Below, one piece after another: positions 18,614 through 30,680 of a stretch of DNA of 44,271 bases. The stretch spans positions 1 through 44,271 of the forward strand of contig JAYOTF010000027.1 in the NCBI GenBank assembly GCA_038150265.1, written 5' to 3'. Position numbers and translations under genes: made by a program. This stretch comes from Deltaproteobacteria bacterium. Lineage in GTDB: Bacteria > SAR324 > NAC60-12. How positions within the stretch are numbered: the stretch's first letter is position 1; every line of letters starts with the position of its first letter. The notes beneath the pieces were generated by a model that was not told where the DNA came from, did no database searches, and was given only the letters and a program-made list of their open reading frames with translations.

Positions 18614-20077
18614 TCAGAGAGACGCGAGGTCGCGGGGAAGCGCTTCAAACTGCTGGAAGCGCTGCTGAAGGTAGTCCTGGAGAGCCGCCTCGGGCTCCAG
18701 CACCCGCTCCGCAGGTGGCTTGGAGTGGAGAGTTTGCTCCAGAGGGAGTCCGGAGGCGGCTTGCCCCAAACGAACGGCACCGAGCGCTGCAGAGACCTCT
18801 CGGTGCTGAGCGAGCACCAGGGGGCGGTCGAGGAGGCAGGCGATCATGGTGCCCCAGAGCAGGTTCCGGGCGCCGCCTCCAACGAGTCGGATTTCGCCAA
18901 GGGTCAGGTGGTGCTGTTGCTGAGCGCGCAGGCATTCATGGACTTGAAAGGCGATGCCTTCGAGGATGGACCACATCAGGTGGGCCCGGTTGGTGGAGAG
19001 CGAAATGCCGGTGAGGAGGCCCCGGGCGCCTGGCTGCAGGTAGGGGGTCCGGATGCCATTGAAGTTGGGGCGCATGAGCGGAAGGGCTTCTTGCATCAGG
19101 CGTCCGGTGAGCGCCTGAGCCTCTTCAGCCAGGGTTGCGACCGGAGTCTGTGTGAGCTGGCTGAGCCAGTCCACGGAAGCTGTGGCACTCATGACCACCC
19201 CCATGGAAAGGAACGCCTCTGGCACCACGTGGGCACTGGTCATCACCGCAATCTCTGGAGCCGGTCGGAAGGTGGGGTCCACAATGCAGGTGACCGCAGA
19301 GGTGCCGAGGCTGATGATGGTGTCACTCGGTTGCGTGACCCCGACTCCGAGCGAGCCGACCATGTTGTCGCCGCCTCCAGCCGCAACCGGAAGCCCCGGT
19401 TTCATTCCCCAGCGCTGCGCCAGTTCTGCACGCAGGCCCCCCGCAGCTTCCCAGGAGTTCACCAGCGGAGGAAGCCGATCCAGTGACCAGCCGGCAGCGT
19501 CACAAAGCGCAGGATCCCAGGTTCCGGAAGCACAGTCCAGGAGCATCAGACCAGCAGCGTCGCTGGGGTCACTGGCCCGCTCTCCTGTCAGCCAGAGCCG
19601 GATGTAGTCTTTGGGCAGAAGGAGGCAGTCGGTGTGCTCCAGAACTTCCGGCTCATGCTGTGCCAGCCAGAGGAGCTTGGGGGCGCCCATTCCCGGATCT
19701 GGAATGCCATTGGCCCGGAAGCCGAGGTCCGGAACCCGCTGCAGGAGGGTGGCACATTCGGTGGTGGCGCGTTCGTCGTTCCAGAGCAGGGTCGCCCGAA
19801 TGGGCTGGTCGGCCGAGTTGATGAGGACGGGGCCCAGCATGTGTCCGGAGAGGCCGATGGCGGCAACGTCGGCCAGGGCGTGGGGAACCGTCTGGTGCAG
19901 GTGCGTGAAGCACTGCTCAATCGCGTCAATCCAGGAGTCGGGATGCTGCTCGCTCCACCCGGGGGCAGGGCGGGCCGTGGTGATGGGGGCATTGGCTTCG
20001 GCCAGAATCTCATGAGCCTCCCCTGCAATCACGACCTTGACGCCTGAGGTGCCGAGGTCAATCCCCACAAAAGTCAT
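18614..20077 (-). CDS. FGGY-family carbohydrate kinase (xylulokinase-like)
   Basis: GIDLGTSGVK, LWND, KDYIRLWLTG, GGGDN, VGGGA. Confidence 0.9.
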   Translation of the reverse strand: MTFVGIDLGTSGVKVVIAGEAHEILAEANAPITTARPAPGWSEQHPDSWIDAIEQCFTHLHQTVPHALADVAAIGLSGHMLGPVLINSADQPIRATLLWNDERATTECATLLQRVPDLGFRANGIPDPGMGAPKLLWLAQHEPEVLEHTDCLLLPKDYIRLWLTGERASDPSDAAGLMLLDCASGTWDPALCDAAGWSLDRLPPLVNSWEAAGGLRAELAQRWGMKPGLPVAAGGGDNMVGSLGVGVTQPSDTIISLGTSAVTCIVDPTFRPAPEIAVMTSAHVVPEAFLSMGVVMSATASVDWLSQLTQTPVATLAEEAQALTGRLMQEALPLMRPNFNGIRTPYLQPGARGLLTGISLSTNRAHLMWSILEGIAFQVHECLRAQQQHHLTLGEIRLVGGGARNLLWGTMIACLLDRPLVLAQHREVSAALGAVRLGQAASGLPLEQTLHSKPPAERVLEPEAALQDYLQQRFQQFEALPRDLASL

Positions 20078-21054
20078 GACGCCTGCGTGCGATCCAGTTT
20101 CAGCATTTCGCGAGCGGTGTCCTCATCTGTGATGAGGATGCTGCTCAGGCCTGCCTTGAGGGCGGCCCGGATGATGGGGATCTTGTGGCGCCCACCTGCA
20201 GCCAGGATGACGTTGCTCATCTTCTGGATGTCGGCAAGCTGGATGCCGATGATGCGCTCATTGATGGGGTGGTCAATGGGGTGGCCGTCCTGATCCAGCA
20301 TGAAGCCCAGGATGTCTCCAACGGCGCCACGCTCCAGCAACTCATCGATGGTGACGCCTTTGGGAAGGCCGTAGCGGATCAGCAGCGCTCGGCGCGACAT
20401 GTCTCCAGCGGCCATGCAGAGGGCATCGACCGAGATGATCTTGCGGATGGCTTCCTTGAAGACGTCGAGTTCACAAATGATGTCTCGGCTGTGCTTGGAG
20501 TCCGCATAGAGTGGAGCGGTCAGGTAGCTGTGCTGGGCGTTGCACAGCTCGGCAAGGCGGGTGGTGATCTCGAAGCTGTTGATTTCCGAGCCCTTGGAGA
20601 GGCCCCCCATCACCGAGACGATCTCGAGGTTCGGACGGTTCAGGGGTTCCATGGACCGGGTGGCGTGGCTGAGGGTTCCCCCCCACGACATGCCAAACAG
20701 ACGAATCTCCGGACGGGACAGGTACTGATTCAGGAAGCTCCCCAGGGCGGTGCCAACGAGGAGCTGGACGTTATCCGGACTCCCGGCGGGCGCAACGTGG
20801 GCCTCGCTGAGCTGATAGGTCGCCTTGAGCTGGCTCTCCAGCTCGGCACAGGGCGCGTAGTCGGAGTTGATGGACACCCGCAGCAGCCCCCGGCGCCGGA
20901 CGTCTCCCAGGGCCTTGTTGACCCGAAGGCGAGTGACACCGAAGCGCTCGGCCGCTGCCGCCTGAGTGAGGCCCTCGATGTAACAGGCCCAGGCAACGCG
21001 GACAAGAAAGCGTTCTTCTTCGTCACTCTGTAAAGACCGGAGGGCTCGACTCAT
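20074..21054 (-). CDS. SorC/DeoR-family sugar-binding transcriptional regulator
   Basis: N-terminal AWACYIEGLTQ HTH, GMSWGGT, GAVGDILG, LITDE. Confidence 0.92.
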   Translation of the reverse strand: MSRALRSLQSDEEERFLVRVAWACYIEGLTQAAAAERFGVTRLRVNKALGDVRRRGLLRVSINSDYAPCAELESQLKATYQLSEAHVAPAGSPDNVQLLVGTALGSFLNQYLSRPEIRLFGMSWGGTLSHATRSMEPLNRPNLEIVSVMGGLSKGSEINSFEITTRLAELCNAQHSYLTAPLYADSKHSRDIICELDVFKEAIRKIISVDALCMAAGDMSRRALLIRYGLPKGVTIDELLERGAVGDILGFMLDQDGHPIDHPINERIIGIQLADIQKMSNVILAAGGRHKIPIIRAALKAGLSSILITDEDTAREMLKLDRTQAS

Positions 21055-21089
21055 GGGGCTGCAAGGATGAAGGGTTACCGAAGTGGTCG

Positions 21090-21914
21090 TTACTTGACTG
21101 CACCCATGGTTAAGCCCTGAACCAGCTGCTTGGAGGCGATGAGCGCAAAGATGATGACGGGGACCACGATCAGGGTGGAGGTGGCCATGATCTTTCCGTA
21201 AGGCAGGCTGTATCCCTCCATGAAGCTTACCGCCATGGCTGGTGCCGTCTTGGCATTCGTTCGGGTGAGGACCAGCGCAAACATTAGCTCGTTCCAGGAA
21301 AAGATAAAGGAAAAAATGCTGGAAACGGCCACCCCCGGTGCCGCCAGCGGCAGGCACACCGAGCGGAAAATGCGCCACTGCCCGGCTCCGTCCACAATGG
21401 CCGCCTCGTCCAGCTCCTTCGGAATGGCCCGGAACTGATCGGTGCAGATCCAGATCACAATTGGAAGGTTGAAGGTGAGGTAGATGAGGATCAGCACCAG
21501 GTGCGTGTCAAGCAGCTTGAGGTTCCGGACAATCAGGAAGAAGGGCAGAGCCAGCACGATGGGGCTGACCATGCGGTTGGTGATGAACCAGAACCAGAGG
21601 TCCTTCTTGCCCCGGAACTCGAAGCGGGCCAGGGCGTAGGCGGCCGGAGTTCCCAGCAAGACGGCGACGAGGGTGGTGCAGACGGCCACAATCAACGAGT
21701 TGATCAGGTTCTGCCCCACCCCATCCTTGAAGAGCACCTCTGTGTAGTTGCTGAAGGTGACCTCAAAGATCCAGGCGGGTGGAGACTGCAGGGCCACAAT
21801 CTGGTCCTTCAGGCTGGTGGTCACCATCCAGTAAAAGGGGAAGATGCAGAACAGGATGATGAGCAGCAGCAGCCCACCCTGCATGGCCAAGGAGGTTTTT
21901 CGATAAGAGGGCAT
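21090..21914 (-). CDS. Carbohydrate ABC permease
   Basis: EAAIVDGA loop, FIFSWNE; start at ATG 21914. Confidence 0.92.
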   Translation of the reverse strand: MPSYRKTSLAMQGGLLLLIILFCIFPFYWMVTTSLKDQIVALQSPPAWIFEVTFSNYTEVLFKDGVGQNLINSLIVAVCTTLVAVLLGTPAAYALARFEFRGKKDLWFWFITNRMVSPIVLALPFFLIVRNLKLLDTHLVLILIYLTFNLPIVIWICTDQFRAIPKELDEAAIVDGAGQWRIFRSVCLPLAAPGVAVSSIFSFIFSWNELMFALVLTRTNAKTAPAMAVSFMEGYSLPYGKIMATSTLIVVPVIIFALIASKQLVQGLTMGAVK

Positions 21915-21921
21915 GGGCCTA

Positions 21922-22800
21922 CTAATTGTTGACTTCGTTGTAAAAGACGCGGATGTACATCCGACTGAGCACAATGGTGATGATCAGCAGAATGATGGCC
22001 TGGGCCGAGGCGAGCCCCTGGTCAAAGGCCCGAAAGCCCACCCGCTGGATCATGAGGCTGATCAACTCGGTCGCCGATCCGGGGCCGCCGCGGGTCATGG
22101 TAAACACCATGTCAAACAGCTTGAGCGTGTCAGCCGTCCGGAGGATGAGGATGGCGGTGAGCCCGGGGATGAGAAAGGGCAGCTGAACATGCCAGAGGAT
22201 GGTCACCCAGTTGGTGGTTTCCAGGCGGGCCGCTTCTTCAATCTCAGAGGGAACCGTGGTGAGCCCGGCCAGCAGGACCAGCGCACAGAACGGCGCCCAC
22301 TGCCAGACGTCCCAGAAGGCGACTGCAATGAAGGCGTTGTCCGGATCCCCAATCCAGTTGATGGGGTCGATGCCCAAAAAGCCAATCAGCTGATTGACGA
22401 CGCCATACTTGATATTGAACATCACCTGTCCCAAGAGGCCGACAACCGAGTAGGTGGTTGCCATGGGAATGACCAGAGACAGGCGGGTCAGCGTTTTGAA
22501 AAAAGTCAGTCCAGGCTTGTGAATCAGGAGCGCCACGCCGAGGCCAATGAAGATCTGCAGCGGCAGCACAATGATCAGCAGCACAAAGGTGCGCTGCATC
22601 GCTTCCCAAAAGACCGGATCGGTGAGCACAAAGGCGAAGTTGTCGAAGCCGATGAACTTGACCTTCCGGAGCTTGGTCAGGTTGTAGTTGTGAAGCGAGG
22701 TGTAGACGGCAAACAGCAAGGGAACGATGCCAATGACCGCCAGGGAGATGATGGAGGGTGCCAGGAAGGCGAAGATGGTGCTTCTTCGAACTTTTCCCAT
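21922..22800 (-). CDS. Carbohydrate ABC permease
   Basis: DVWQWAPF, EEAARLE, TRGGPG. Confidence 0.92.
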   Translation of the reverse strand: MGKVRRSTIFAFLAPSIISLAVIGIVPLLFAVYTSLHNYNLTKLRKVKFIGFDNFAFVLTDPVFWEAMQRTFVLLIIVLPLQIFIGLGVALLIHKPGLTFFKTLTRLSLVIPMATTYSVVGLLGQVMFNIKYGVVNQLIGFLGIDPINWIGDPDNAFIAVAFWDVWQWAPFCALVLLAGLTTVPSEIEEAARLETTNWVTILWHVQLPFLIPGLTAILILRTADTLKLFDMVFTMTRGGPGSATELISLMIQRVGFRAFDQGLASAQAIILLIITIVLSRMYIRVFYNEVNN

Positions 22801-22825
22801 GAGGGAATCCCGAAAGGGGTGAACA

Positions 22826-22853
22826 GGAGGTCCTCGTTGCGGGGAGGACCTCC
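22826..22853 (-). terminator. Stem-loop after binding-protein gene
   Basis: Perfect 10-bp inverted repeat GGAGGTCCTC/GAGGACCTCC. Confidence 0.55.
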
Positions 22854-22876
22854 CCAGAGAATGGACTCGTCAGTAC

Positions 22877-24217
22877 TTACTGAGCGAGGGGCTTCTCACC
22901 AGAGTAGTACCCAGCGTCGTCCAGGACGGCTTCCATGCGCTCACCGAGGATGCGGGCGCCTTCTTCGGTGGAAACTTCGTTGAGCATCATCTTGGTGCCC
23001 CACTCCTGAACGATTTCGGTAATTTCCGGCCACTCGGCAAAGCGTGGGCGGAACTCCGGAACGCCGTCCTGCCAGCTTTCGACCAGGTCCGGAACGAAGT
23101 CATACTGCTGAGCGACCCCTGGCAGGTTGTACACCGACTGGCGAGCCGGGACGCCTCCCATTTCGAGGTACTGCTTGGACTTCTCCTTCGAGGTCACCCA
23201 CTGGATGAAGAGCCAGGCGGCGCCTTGTTCCTTTTCGCTGGCCTGCGTTGTCACGGCCATGGAGAACCCTCCCAGAGCCGGCTTCCGCCCGTTCGGACCC
23301 ATGGGCTCCGGAGCGATGGCGAGGCAGTCTCCAATCTTGGAGGTCTTCGGATCCTTCAAGGTGGAGTAGAAGGAGGACCACTCGGTGATGATGGCGACAT
23401 CGCCCTGTGCCAGCGCGTTGACGGTCTCAGCGTGGTCGTACGACACAATGCCCGGGGGCATGTACTGCATCAGTTCCTGACGGAACTTGAGCCCGGACTG
23501 GCTGGCCGGAGAGAGGAGGTTGGACCGGAAGTTCTCATCCAGGAACGACCCGCCAAACGGCCAGAGCACGCGAGCAAAGCTGTCTGCCGACTGCGTCTCA
23601 TTGCGCTTGGACTGCAGCGCGTAGGCGTACTTGCCGTCTTTGGTCAGCGCCGGACCATAGACGTACATCAGCTCGGCCCAGGTTCTGGGGGGCCGGTCGA
23701 ATCCAGCCTGCTCCAGCATGCAGCGGTTATAGAACATCAAGCCGGAGTAGTTGTCAAACGGCAGGCCGTAGATCTTCCCGTTCCAGCCGCCAAAGGCGTT
23801 GAGGACCAGCGGGAAGAAGTCATTCATGTCCAGATTCGGATCCTTGAGGGCCGGATTCGAGGTGAACTTCTCCACCGGCTCGACCCAGCCGTTCTCCACA
23901 AAGTTTCCGATCCACACCAGGTCGATCAGGGCAATGTCCAGGTCACCCCCTGCGACAAAGTCACGGACCTGCTCCCCCAGGGCATTCTCATAAGGGTGCT
24001 TGATGATGTTGACCTTGATCCCCGTCTTCTTCTCAAACTCGGGCAGCATCTTCTCCGCTGCCTCATAACCCGGACGCAGCAGGAAGACCACGTCCACCGT
24101 GGTTCCGGAATACGGCTTGGCAGCTTCCTCCAAGGACCAGGCCGCGGCGGTCTGGACCATGCTCAAGGCGACCCCTGCGGTGATCGCCAGACTCTTTAGC
24201 ATCGCTCTAATCTTCAT
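22877..24217 (-). CDS. Sugar/polyol ABC substrate-binding protein
   Basis: Signal peptide (AAA/W), FEKKTGIKV, YGLPF, AWLFIQW; start ATG 24217. Confidence 0.9.
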   Translation of the reverse strand: MKIRAMLKSLAITAGVALSMVQTAAAWSLEEAAKPYSGTTVDVVFLLRPGYEAAEKMLPEFEKKTGIKVNIIKHPYENALGEQVRDFVAGGDLDIALIDLVWIGNFVENGWVEPVEKFTSNPALKDPNLDMNDFFPLVLNAFGGWNGKIYGLPFDNYSGLMFYNRCMLEQAGFDRPPRTWAELMYVYGPALTKDGKYAYALQSKRNETQSADSFARVLWPFGGSFLDENFRSNLLSPASQSGLKFRQELMQYMPPGIVSYDHAETVNALAQGDVAIITEWSSFYSTLKDPKTSKIGDCLAIAPEPMGPNGRKPALGGFSMAVTTQASEKEQGAAWLFIQWVTSKEKSKQYLEMGGVPARQSVYNLPGVAQQYDFVPDLVESWQDGVPEFRPRFAEWPEITEIVQEWGTKMMLNEVSTEEGARILGERMEAVLDDAGYYSGEKPLAQ

Positions 24218-24246
24218 ATAGGCCTCATGAGAGCAAGTTGTGATTG

Positions 24247-24326
24247 ACGTTACCATAGTAATGTGCAAAATAAACACATGTTACAAAAGTAACGTGACCA
24301 ATGTTTATGTAACACAATCGTAATGT
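24247..24326. promoter_or_regulatory. Three phased operator-like sites, consensus AYGTTAC-N4-GTAAYGT
   Basis: Sites at 24247, 24278 and 24309 (31-bp period; third left arm degenerate) in the AT-rich divergent promoter region of a SorC-family locus. Confidence 0.7.
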
Positions 24327-24431
24327 CAATGAAAAAATAACAATTGGAGAGAAAGGGGGGATTCAGTATGCTAGTGCTGAACGACAGGAGCCGCGGCTTC
24401 TGAGTTACTGACTGAGTTGATAAAGGAAAAG

Positions 24432-25763
24432 ATGAAAGAAATGAGTCTAGAGCAGGTCATCCAGGAAGCGGTCCGGCGGTCCAGGACGATTGATAGCCTG
24501 GAAATCGGGAGCGGTGCCCTGAGGCAGGTCGGAGCGCTGGTCCAGCAGCACTTCCCCCGCCGACCGGCTCTGTTGATTGCCGACGAGAACACCTGGAAGG
24601 TGGCCGGTCCGCAGGTTGAGCAGTCGCTGCGGGATGCCTCCGTGGAGGTCAAGAAGCTGGTGCTGCCCGGATCCCCGCGCCTCAAACCGACGACCGCCCT
24701 GGGCAATGAGCTGGTCAGTGAAATGGGGACGTCCACTCCGGTGGCCATTGGTTCGGGCGTGATCAACGACCTGGTCAAGTACGCTGCTCATCAGGCCAAC
24801 ACCCGCTACTGCTGTGTCGCGACTGCGGCCTCCATGGATGGCTACGCGTCTGCTGGTGCCGCAATGATGTACGACGGCTTCAAGAAGACCATCCCCTGCA
24901 CGGCGGCTCAGGTGGTGGTGGCGGACTCCGACATCATCCGCGAGGCTCCGCTGGAAATGGCCGGATGGGGCTATGGCGATCTCGCTGGAAAGGTTCCGGC
25001 CGGCGCCGACTGGATTTTGGCCGATGCCTTTGGCCTGGAGCCAATCGATGATGTGGCGTGGCCGCTGGTTCAGCATCACTTGCGGGCCTGTCTGGAGAAG
25101 CCCCATGAGCTGCAGGAGCAGAAGCCCGAGGCTTTTGCCCGCCTCTTCATTGGCCTGACGGCCACCGGATTGGCGATGGAGTTTCACAACACCTCCCGCC
25201 CGGCTTCCGGATCCGATCACCAGATTGCTCACCTTTGGGAGATGAGTCAGCATCAGCACGCAGGTCGCCCGGTGTCTCATGGGGCGTGTGTGGCAATTGG
25301 GTGCTTGACAGTCCTGGCCTTATACGATTGGCTACTCAAGCAGGAAACCCTGGGCTTTGATCCGGAACAGGCGTGGGCGGCACGGGGGTCTCTTGAAAGC
25401 AAGGAGGCCGAGATCCGTCAGGTGTTCCCGCAGACGGAGATTGCCGATAAAGCGATCCAGGAGGTCACCGCCAAGCACCCCAGTGATGACGAGCTGAAGG
25501 CCCGGCTGCTCAAGCTGCAGACCACCTGGCCGGAGCTGCGCCAGCGGTTGCGTCAGCAGCTGATGTCGCTGGAGGAAATGCAGGAGCACCTGAAGCAGGC
25601 TGGGGCGCCTGCGCGGGCGGCCGACATTGGCATTGATCCGGAGCGTCTGCGTGAGACCACCCGAATCGCCCGCTTCCTGCGGAGTCGTTACACGGTTCTG
25701 GACTTGCTGGACGAGACCGGACTTCTGGAAGAAGCGATCGCCCACGCTCCTCTTCCCTACTGA
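24432..25763 (+). CDS. sn-glycerol-1-phosphate dehydrogenase (AraM/EgsA) family protein
   Basis: [41 protein letters not shown]; start could be 24441. Confidence 0.85.
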   Translation: MKEMSLEQVIQEAVRRSRTIDSLEIGSGALRQVGALVQQHFPRRPALLIADENTWKVAGPQVEQSLRDASVEVKKLVLPGSPRLKPTTALGNELVSEMGTSTPVAIGSGVINDLVKYAAHQANTRYCCVATAASMDGYASAGAAMMYDGFKKTIPCTAAQVVVADSDIIREAPLEMAGWGYGDLAGKVPAGADWILADAFGLEPIDDVAWPLVQHHLRACLEKPHELQEQKPEAFARLFIGLTATGLAMEFHNTSRPASGSDHQIAHLWEMSQHQHAGRPVSHGACVAIGCLTVLALYDWLLKQETLGFDPEQAWAARGSLESKEAEIRQVFPQTEIADKAIQEVTAKHPSDDELKARLLKLQTTWPELRQRLRQQLMSLEEMQEHLKQAGAPARAADIGIDPERLRETTRIARFLRSRYTVLDLLDETGLLEEAIAHAPLPY

Positions 25764-25785
25764 AACTGGGCGGGAGGAGCCAAAC

Positions 25786-26346
25786 ATGATGTCACTGACG
25801 GACCTGGCAACGCAGGCCCTGGAGGAAATGAAGGCCTCGTTGCTGGCCATTCGTGAAGAGGAGCTGCAGCAGGTGCTGCAGGAGATTGCGCAGGCCCAAC
25901 GCATCGCGCTCCATGGAGTGGGACGCGAAGGCCTGATGATCAAGGCGCTGGCCATGCGGCTGTATCACCTGGGACTGGATGCGCACGTGGTCGGCGACAT
26001 GACGACCCCTCCCATCGGTGAGGGCGATCTGCTGATCGTCAGCGCCGGGCCCGGAGGGTTTTCCACCATCTCGGGCCTCATCGGCGTGGCGCGCTCCGCT
26101 GGGGCCCGGACCCTCTGCTTCACGTCTGTGCCGTCCGGAGCCTCCGCGGCCCAGTGTGACGTCATCATGGAACTCCCCGCCCAAACCATGGCCAACGATC
26201 AGGGGGGCGCTGTGTCCATCCTTCCCATGGGATCGCTTTATGAAGGAGTGCAGTACGTGATCTACGAACTCCTCATCCTTCGGCTCCGGGAGCACCTGCA
26301 AGAGGCTCCGGAGCAAATGCGAGCCCGCCACACCAACCTGGAGTAG
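25786..26346 (+). CDS. SIS-domain protein, 6-phospho-3-hexuloisomerase-like
   Basis: [30 protein letters not shown]-terminal RHTNLE; GGGAGG RBS. Confidence 0.85.
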   Translation: MMSLTDLATQALEEMKASLLAIREEELQQVLQEIAQAQRIALHGVGREGLMIKALAMRLYHLGLDAHVVGDMTTPPIGEGDLLIVSAGPGGFSTISGLIGVARSAGARTLCFTSVPSGASAAQCDVIMELPAQTMANDQGGAVSILPMGSLYEGVQYVIYELLILRLREHLQEAPEQMRARHTNLE

Positions 26347-26351
26347 GCACC

Positions 26352-27122
26352 ATGCCGGACTGGACACAGCGTTTTTCCCTCGATGGCCGCAAGGCCTTCA
26401 TTACCGGAGCCTCCAGGGGCATTGGCGCAGAGATCGCCCGGGTGTTTGCGGATGCCGGCGCGGACATCGTCGCAGTGGGACGAGACCGGAAGGACCTGGA
26501 ATCCGTTGCGCAGGACGTCCGAGACCGAGGTCGGCAGTGCCTCGTTCTGGAAGCCGACCTGGCCTCTCCGGAGGGTCCGCAGGAAGCGGCTCAAACCGCC
26601 TTGACGCAATGGGGCACCCTGGACATTCTGGTGAACAACGCCGGAATCGCCCGCATTCACCCCGCACTGGAGCTGCCGCTGGAGGCGTGGGAAGAGACAA
26701 TGGCGGTCAACGTTCGGGCGCCGTTTCTGCTCGCTCAGGCCCTCGCTCCGAAGATGATCGAACAGCGCTGGGGCAAGATCATCAACATTTCCTCCCAGAC
26801 CGGGGTCATTGCCCTGGAAGACCACGCCGCCTATGCCACCTCCAAAGGCGCCCTCAATGCCCTCACCAAGTCCCTCACTGCCGAGTGGGCCCAGCACAAC
26901 ATTCAGGTCAATGCCATCTGTCCGACCGTGATCCTCACCCCGATGGGGCTCGAGGTCTGGGGAGACCCTGCCAAGAGTCAGCCGATGCTCGACAAGACCC
27001 CTCTGGGGCGCTTTGGAAAGCCGGTTGAAGTGGCGGACATGGCGCTGTACCTGGCCTCTCCAGCCTCGGAATTGGTCAATGGTGCGGTGCTGATGATCGA
27101 AGGGGGCTTCACCGCTGTCTAG
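26352..27122 (+). CDS. SDR oxidoreductase (polyol/ketose dehydrogenase-like)
   Basis: TGASRGIG, NNAG, YATSK, NAICPTV. Confidence 0.9.
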   Translation: MPDWTQRFSLDGRKAFITGASRGIGAEIARVFADAGADIVAVGRDRKDLESVAQDVRDRGRQCLVLEADLASPEGPQEAAQTALTQWGTLDILVNNAGIARIHPALELPLEAWEETMAVNVRAPFLLAQALAPKMIEQRWGKIINISSQTGVIALEDHAAYATSKGALNALTKSLTAEWAQHNIQVNAICPTVILTPMGLEVWGDPAKSQPMLDKTPLGRFGKPVEVADMALYLASPASELVNGAVLMIEGGFTAV

Positions 27123-27197
27123 CGGTTCCTGCAGCCAGGCGAATTGTTCTCAACCACAACGGTCCGGGGCTTCTGCGACGCTGAGCGTCGTGGAGGC

Positions 27198-27758
27198 TCA
27201 GGCGGCTGCGTTGCGGGTGGCGCGGGAGATCTGGATCAGGGGTTGGGGCCACTGCAGGTAATCCTGCCACTGCGCATCCGGAATCCGCAGGGGGAGGGTC
27301 TTCGCAATGGTCACCATCTGCCAGTAATTGGGTTCAATCGGGTGGGTGAGCGGGCGGAGGAACCGAGACCCCTTGTCGAGGTTGCAGGGGTAGCAGGCGG
27401 CCACCACATTGTCCCAGCTCGTGGCGCCTCCCTTGCTCTTGGGGATGACGTGGTCAATCGTCAGGTGCTCGGTCGCATAGTGCTTCCCGCAGTACTGACA
27501 GTGGAAGCGATCCCGGAGGTAGATGTTGCGACGGGTGAAGTGCACGCGGCTGGACCGCCGGACGTACCGGGTCATCACGACCACGCTGGGCATGGGCATG
27601 GAAAACCGTTGCGACCGACAGGGCCAGTCGGGGTAGGTCCGGAGGATGCTGACCTTTTCCAGGAAGTACGCCTTGACGGCTTGTTGCCAGGTCAAAACAC
27701 TCAGAGGTGCCAGGGTGAGGGGCTGATGGTCCTGATTAAGGAGCAATACATCGCTCAT
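27198..27758 (-). CDS. HNH endonuclease
   Basis: RD.FHCQYCG, TIDHVIPKSKGG, NVVAACYPCNLDK. Confidence 0.9.
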   Translation of the reverse strand: MSDVLLLNQDHQPLTLAPLSVLTWQQAVKAYFLEKVSILRTYPDWPCRSQRFSMPMPSVVVMTRYVRRSSRVHFTRRNIYLRDRFHCQYCGKHYATEHLTIDHVIPKSKGGATSWDNVVAACYPCNLDKGSRFLRPLTHPIEPNYWQMVTIAKTLPLRIPDAQWQDYLQWPQPLIQISRATRNAAA

Positions 27759-27814
27759 TGGCACGTACTCGCGGAAAAGGCCACATCCAAGGGGAGGAGA
27801 CGCCTCCCCAGCGG

Positions 27815-30490
<2,676 letters not shown>

Positions 30491-30680
30491 TTCGCCTCGT
30501 GATAAGGGTCGTTGGGATGCCTCCTTCTTCCCCACCAGGGGCGGGAGCCGTAGGGGGAAAACTCGCAAATCATAAAAAGACTGGTGAAATTCACAAGTTT
30601 TTCGCAGCGCGTCCGAGTGAACGCTTCCGGAGGTGGGCTCCAGCAGAAAAGTCGGCTCCCAACACCGGAAGACAGGGGTG

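Noticed and set aside
25786..26346. RuMP formaldehyde-fixation pathway
   Set aside because: No hexulose-6-phosphate synthase in the window; the context is sugar import and catabolism
27198..27758. HNH as part of a CRISPR, restriction or intron system
   Set aside because: No repeat array, cas gene, methyltransferase or interrupted host gene nearby
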